From Cyanophora paradoxa CCMP329 (taxonomy: Eukaryota; Plantae; Glaucophyta): a stretch of 64,000 nucleotides of DNA. Numbering within the stretch: position 1 is the stretch's first letter; each line of letters begins with the position of its first letter. This document shows, piece by piece, positions 58,821-64,000 of this stretch. Position numbers and translations under genes: made by a program. Under the pieces are notes generated by a model. That model was not told the DNA's origin and searched no databases. It worked only from the letters and a program-made list of their open reading frames with translations. The DNA is taken from contig QPMI01000258.1 in assembly GCA_004431415.1 (NCBI GenBank), positions 1-64,000 on the forward strand. The letters are read 5' to 3'.

Positions 58821-61800
58821 TCAGGAGGGGAGGAGCTCCTTGTAGCGCTCGGCGGTCTCCGGGGCGGCTTTCTTGGCGCGGACGAGGGCGAGGGTGTTCT
58901 GGTAGGAGGCGAGGGTGGCCGGCTCGAGGGCGGGCGCCGCCCCCGCCGCGTGCTCCTTGATGGAGTCGAGGAGCTGGTTGAGGAAGGCCGGGGTGACGGC
59001 GGCCTCGGCGCCGGCGTCGAAGTAGTAGAGGGCCTGGTTGAGGAGCTCGACGAGGAGCTGCACGGGGCTCCCCGAGAGGGCGCTCCCCTCCGCCACCTTC
59101 ACCGCCTTCTTCAGGCACTCCAGCACCCGCCGCCCGTCCCGCGGGAAGCCGCCCGCCTGCAGCTCCGCGGGGCGCCAGAAGAGGTGGGAGGCGAGGTAGG
59201 TGCAGCGGCACTGGTCCGGCTTCTTGAGGAGGCGCGTGCAGCTCTGCACGCACTTCACCGCCGCGCTCTCGTAGTCCTCGGCGCCCAGCGCCTCGAGGGA
59301 GGTGAGGCTCCCGATGATGAGCGTGAGCGCCGCGAACTGCTGCTTCGAGTCCGCGATCTCCTCCTCGAAGACCACGAAGGCCTGCGGGGCGCCTCGGGCC
59401 GGCGGCGGCCGGCGGGCGGCGCGAGGGCGGGCGCGGGGGCACCTGGGTGAGGAACTCGTAGGCGAAGTCGAGGACGCCGCAGCGGGCGGCCGCCTGCGCG
59501 CACTGCAGGAAGAGCCGCAGCGCCGTGTTCGGCACCACCTGCCCGCCCCCGCGCCCCCTCAGCCCGGCCCGCGGCGGCGCGGCGGGGCGGGCGGCTCGCC
59601 TGGACAAGGGGCAGCGCGGTCTGCAGCACGAACTTGAAGAGGTCGGCCGTCTTGGGGGTCACCTCCTCCCCCGCCGCCTCCTTCGCGCGGATCGCCGGCG
59701 CGAGCTGCCGGCCCGTCAGCGCGCGGCGGGGGCCCGGCGAGGAGCGGGAGGCGGGGGCCTTGAGGAGGGAGAAGATGAGGGGCGGGAGGGTGAACTTGAT
59801 GCGCCGGGGCCCGCCAGCGGCGACGTGCTTGCGCGCGGAGGAGTACATCTGGAGGGGCGCTGGACGGGGCGGGGCGGGGCGGGGGCGGTGGCGGGGGCGG
59901 GGCGGGGCGGACGGCGAAGAGGGTGGCGGGGTCGGGTGCTGGAGGAGGTGGATGGCCCGCGCCACCAGGTTCTGCTCCTCCTCGAACTCCTCCTGCCCGC
60001 GAGCTCGCAGGGCGGGGCGCGGGGCGCGGGGCGCGGGCGGGCGGCGGGGCGCACGGGGTCCTCGTTGGCGTCCTCGTGGGGGCGGGGGCCGCCCCGGGGC
60101 CCTCCCCGTCCGCCGTCAGCGGCCGCACGAACTCGAAGAGGACCTCCACCTGCGAACAAAGTCAGGCCGGGTCGGGCGGGCGCGCCAGCGAGCGGGCGGG
60201 CGGGCGCCGCGGGGCCGGCGCGCGCGCGCCTTGGACGGCTCCTCGACGGCGCTGCGGTTGCGGACGACGGCCTGCAGCAGCGACGTCGCCACCGTCTTCC
60301 GCGTCTTGAACTGCCGGCGGCCGCTTGAACGGGCCTCTCGGCGGGCGCGGGGGGGCGGGGCGGGGGGTACCGGGAGGTAGGCGAGGAGGGCGGAGAAGTT
60401 CTTGAGCTCGAGGATGGTGAGGACGCGGGCCTTGTAGGAGGCGAGGGGCGTCGTCAGCAGCTGCACGAGGTTCCGCACCGCGGGGCCCTCCTCCAGCCTG
60501 CCCCGCCCCTCGGCGGCGGGGCCGAGGGGGCCGGGGCGGGGCGGGGCGCGGGGCGGGGCGGACTGGCGGAGGGCGATGGAGGAGAGGGCGACGGCGGCCT
60601 GGCCCAGGATCTGGCCCCCGGCGGCCCCGTCGGGCGGGAGGGGGGCGGGAGGAAGGGGGCCCCGGGGGCGCCGCGCACCTGGTCGACGTACTCGAGGCGG
60701 TCCGGGTAGCACTTGAGCGCGAAGTTGAGCAGCGCCACCTGCGCGCCCCGGGGGATGAGCGGGCGGGGCGGGGCAGGCGGGACAGGCGGGGCGGGGCGGG
60801 CGGGGCTGGGCGCCTGGAGGGAGAGGACGGCGGCGAGCTCGAGGTTGCCCTGCGCGTTGACGATCTTCGCGACGTTCTCCGAGAGCTGCCCGAACGCCCC
60901 GTACTCCTCCGAGATCCCGTTCTGCGCCGCGTACTGCCCCGCGCCCTGAGAGGCACGCGGGGCGGGGCGGGGCGGGGGCGGGGCGGGCCTTGGCGAGGCG
61001 GTCCATGAGGTTGACGAGGACGGCGCGGATGTCGACGCCCTGCTGCAGCTGCGCGCACGTCCCCAGGAACGCCTGCAGCGTCTCCAGGTGGAACTCGTCC
61101 GGGAACGCCTGCACCGCCCCCGCACCACGTTCGCGTGCCGCTGGGCCGGCGGGGAGGCCCGGGGCGGGGGGGCGGGCGGAGGGGCGGGCGGGCCTGGATG
61201 ATGATGTCCATGAGGTACTCCTGGGCGATGGGGTCCTTGCACGTCACGATCTGCTCCGTGATGCGGGGCAGCACTTGCTGCGGGGGCGTCACGCGCCGGC
61301 CGGGGGCCGGGGGCCGGGGGCCAGCGGCGGCGGGGGGCACCGTCTTGTAGGTCTCGAGGTCGACGCCCTCAATCTGGGAGAGGCGCACGAGGTTCGAGCC
61401 GACCAGCTGCCGCAGCTCCTTCCGCTCCCGCTCCCTGCTCCCCCGCCCCCCTCAGCCCCCGCCGCCCCCGCCGCACGCCCCACCGCCGCCCCCCGCACCG
61501 CTTCTCCCGCTCCCGCAGCGGGCCCTGGTGCTGCATGCGCACCTGCGGGGCGGGGGCGGCTCGCGGGGTGCGGGGCGGGGCGGGGCGGGGGCGGGCGGGG
61601 CGGGGGCGTGCCCAGAGCTTGTTCATCTCGAGGAAGTTGCTGAGCACGAACTCGATCGAGTCCTTCACCGAGCCGCCCTCCCTGCCCGCCCCGCTCAGCG
61701 CCCCGCCCCGGCCCCCCGCCCCCGCCGCCCCGCCCGCACCCCTCGTACTCGTTCCCCGCCTGCCCGGGCGCCCGGTCCGGCAGCTTGTCCTTCGTGAGCT

Positions 61801-62774
61801 GCGAGAGGTAGGAGCGGAGGAAGAGGCCGCGGGTCGGGTGCTGCGCCCCGGGGTCAGCGTGTGGAGGTGGGGCGCGGGACGGGCGGGGGCGGGCCTGGAC
61901 GCCGCGGCACATCTCGACGAGGTCGCGGAGGACCTCGCGCGCCGGCGCCTCCTTCGAGCGGATGTACACGCTCCCCACCGTGATCAGCAGGTACCTGCCC
62001 CGCCCCCCCGGCTCACCCCGCCCCCGCCCTCGCGCCCCCGGCGCCCCGCCGCGCTTACAGGCGCGGAATGATCTGCGTCGCGTGCTGCACGAGCTCGTAC
62101 AGGTCGATCATCCGCGTCCCTGCGCCCGCGCCGTCGGCCGCTGGGGCCCCCACGGCGAGCCGGGCCCCGCACCGCTCTTGTTGGCCTCGCGGAAGTACTG
62201 CTCCAGGTAGGAGAGCTCGTTGAACACCTTCATATCTGCGTGCGCTCGCGGGTTGGCGTCTGGACCACTTTCAGTGCGTACGCGGGGCCAAGCGCACAGA
62301 GGTCGTAGTAGTTCTTGGGGCTCATGGAGCCGGTTCGCAGCTCCGAAAGCATCGCAGAGGCGTGCTTCAGCGCGTCCTTCAGCTTGTTCTGGTCCTGCGC
62401 GCCGGAATGTGTACGGGCGGAAGGGTGACGCGGTCAGACGGCGCGGCGCGTGGCGCAGGGGCGCCGCGAGCGTTCTCTGGCGGCTGGGGGGTCGCGTACG
62501 AGGGCCTTTTTCATGTGGTACGCGCTGGACTTGACCACCATGCTGCGCGGGATGATCAACCGGCACCCCATCGGGCGGGACACGGGCGCGTCGGGGCTCG
62601 ACGGCTGGTCGCCCTGGAAAGCGCAGCATTCCGGCGAACGACGAACCTGGCATCGTTGAGAAGCTTGTCCTGCTCCTCCTCCGGCGAGAGCATACGCGGC
62701 TGCTCCGCGACAGCCTGGCGGACAGGCGATCAGCGAGGGCACGTTCGCGCCCGCCGGAACGCGCGGCGGACCAT
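58821..62774 (-). CDS. VPS35: Retromer subunit VPS35, 24 exons
   Basis: [97 protein letters not shown]; the first coding exon is ATG only. Confidence 0.98.
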
Positions 62775-62815
62775 CTTTTGCTCCGAGTTTGTGTGTACCC
62801 CCGCCCAGACCTCTA

Positions 62816-64000
62816 ATGAAGCTGCCCAGCGAAGCGTCGGCCTTCTCTTTCGCCCTCGCGGCGTTTCCGCGCAGTGGCGTCCGCGGGCCTTCCAGCTGCA
62901 CCTCTCCGGCTCCGCCACCACGCGCCAGCATCTCGCCGGCGACGCGTGCGCCCGTCCGCGCCGGCCCGAGCGCTCCGGCGCGTCAGGCGTGCTGGGAGCT
63001 GTCAACAGGACTCCGTCACTTCGCCGCAGAGCGGGTTCGTCGCCCCGATCGATGCCACTCCTTTCCGCCCGCTCCGCCGCCCCTCCAGCCCTCTCAGTCG
63101 CCCAAAGGCCCATGTACTTCTCGTTTCGCATCCGTCCTAAGCGCCGTGGCGCCCGCTGCTGGCTCTAATCAACCGTAATGCCCCTCGAGATTTCTGTCTA
63201 AGCTAAGAGAGCGCGACGGGCGGCTTGACACTTCTCAACGTCTTCGAGAGCGCACCGCTGATCGGATGCCGACTTGCAGAGGGGCGGTTTCGCGGAGTCC
63301 TGCAGGCGAGCGGCTGCGGCGGCGCGGCACACATGCGAGCCCCGGCAGTTTGACGTCCAGTGCATGCGGGATCCCGGCAACGGTTTCTTGCGCGAGGCAA
63401 GCGTGGCATCCCGTGGGGCTCGCTCCTAGAGACTGACCTCCGCGGCGTGGCATCCCATAGATTAAGCGGTTCTCCGAAACTGACCTCGGCCGGGGGTTGA
63501 TTTTCGGGACGGGCCTGTGGCTCCTCCTCTCGGGGCGCCTCTGGTGGCTCTTCGAGTCCGTTTTCATCCTGATGGCGATGCTCGCGGTCGGCGGCTTCGT
63601 GGGCGCCATCGTCTTCCGCAACTGGCTCTCCAAGCAGCGCGTGCGCCCCCCCCCGCGCCCGGCCGCCCCCCGAGCCCTGCCGGCGCTGAGGCGGGGCGGC
63701 GGGGCGGGCAGGTGATCAACTCGTGCCCGGTGTGCGGGAACACGGTGGAGCTGGCGCCGGCGGCGTCGCTGCTGACGCAGTGCCCCCAGTGCCGCTCCAT
63801 CCTCCGCTTCGATCCCGAGGTCGGCGCCCCCCGGCGGGCCCGTCGCTCGCCGGCGCGGCGCTCAGCGCGGGGCAGGTGCTCGCCTTCGTGGTGGAGGAGA
63901 GCACGCGCAGCGCCTCCCCCAACGACCCCTTCGGCGGGCCCTTCGGCGGCAACTACCAGGTAGCCCCCGACCCTCGCCCCTCGCAAGCGCGGCGGACTGA
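62816..64000 (+). CDS. Cyanobacterial-type membrane protein with CPxC...CPxC zinc ribbon, plastid-type presequence, 3' end outside window
   Basis: TM segment GLWLLLSGRLWWLFESVFILMAMLAVGGFVGAIVFRNW followed by CPVCG...CPQCR; putative start MKLPSEASAFSFALAAF (uncertain). Confidence 0.6.

Noticed and set aside
13975-60110. Apparent frameshifts in otherwise intact genes (about 13976, 30045, 34619, 57147, 57423, 59935, 60090), suggesting pseudogenes, programmed frameshifting or insertional RNA editing
   Set aside because: Each is fixed by adding one base to a short G/C run, including in the highly conserved VPS35. This is the typical long-read consensus error. Editing would need accurate genomic reads lacking the base and cDNA containing it.
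1-64000. Hundreds of long Arg/Pro/Gly/Ala-rich ORFs on all six frames (e.g. 12880-15759, 38413-40968)
   Set aside because: Stop codons are scarce at this GC content. These are shadow frames or intron read-through (PAPPRPAP is translated CCCCG repeat).

Overview
Gene-dense, very GC-rich eukaryotic nuclear DNA. Most of the supplied ORF track is GC-rich noise, because the real genes are cut by many 53-105 nt introns. I reconstructed about 23 protein-coding loci by hand: PIP5K, RETICULATA-like, TruA, a conserved unknown, a giant coiled-coil protein, DUS, GrpE, DDX6, RagA, a MOCOS-like PLP enzyme, a hybrid His kinase, a serpin, NEK, a Pro-iminopeptidase, a START/cyclase, an ARM/TPR protein, GT17, SET, DDHD-PLA1, an acyltransferase-fold protein, VPS35, a cyanobacterial-type Zn-ribbon protein and one doubtful small ORF. 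The window also holds two identical tRNA-Glu(CTC) genes in a ~450-500 bp duplication and a 3 x 877 bp tandem repeat. Plastid-type genes with Phe-leading presequences suggest a glaucophyte such as Cyanophora (inference). The most striking signal is a second code laid over gene bodies. G/C strand skew oscillates with a period near 150 nt. Introns sit on the C-to-G switch (C-rich 5' arm, branch motif, G-rich 3' arm), are often GC-AG, and lack a polypyrimidine tract. They are almost evenly spaced (mean acceptor spacing about 151 nt in both VPS35 and RagA). Synonymous codons flip from G-ending to C-ending across each exon. All splice models and counts are manual readings and are not confirmed by transcripts.
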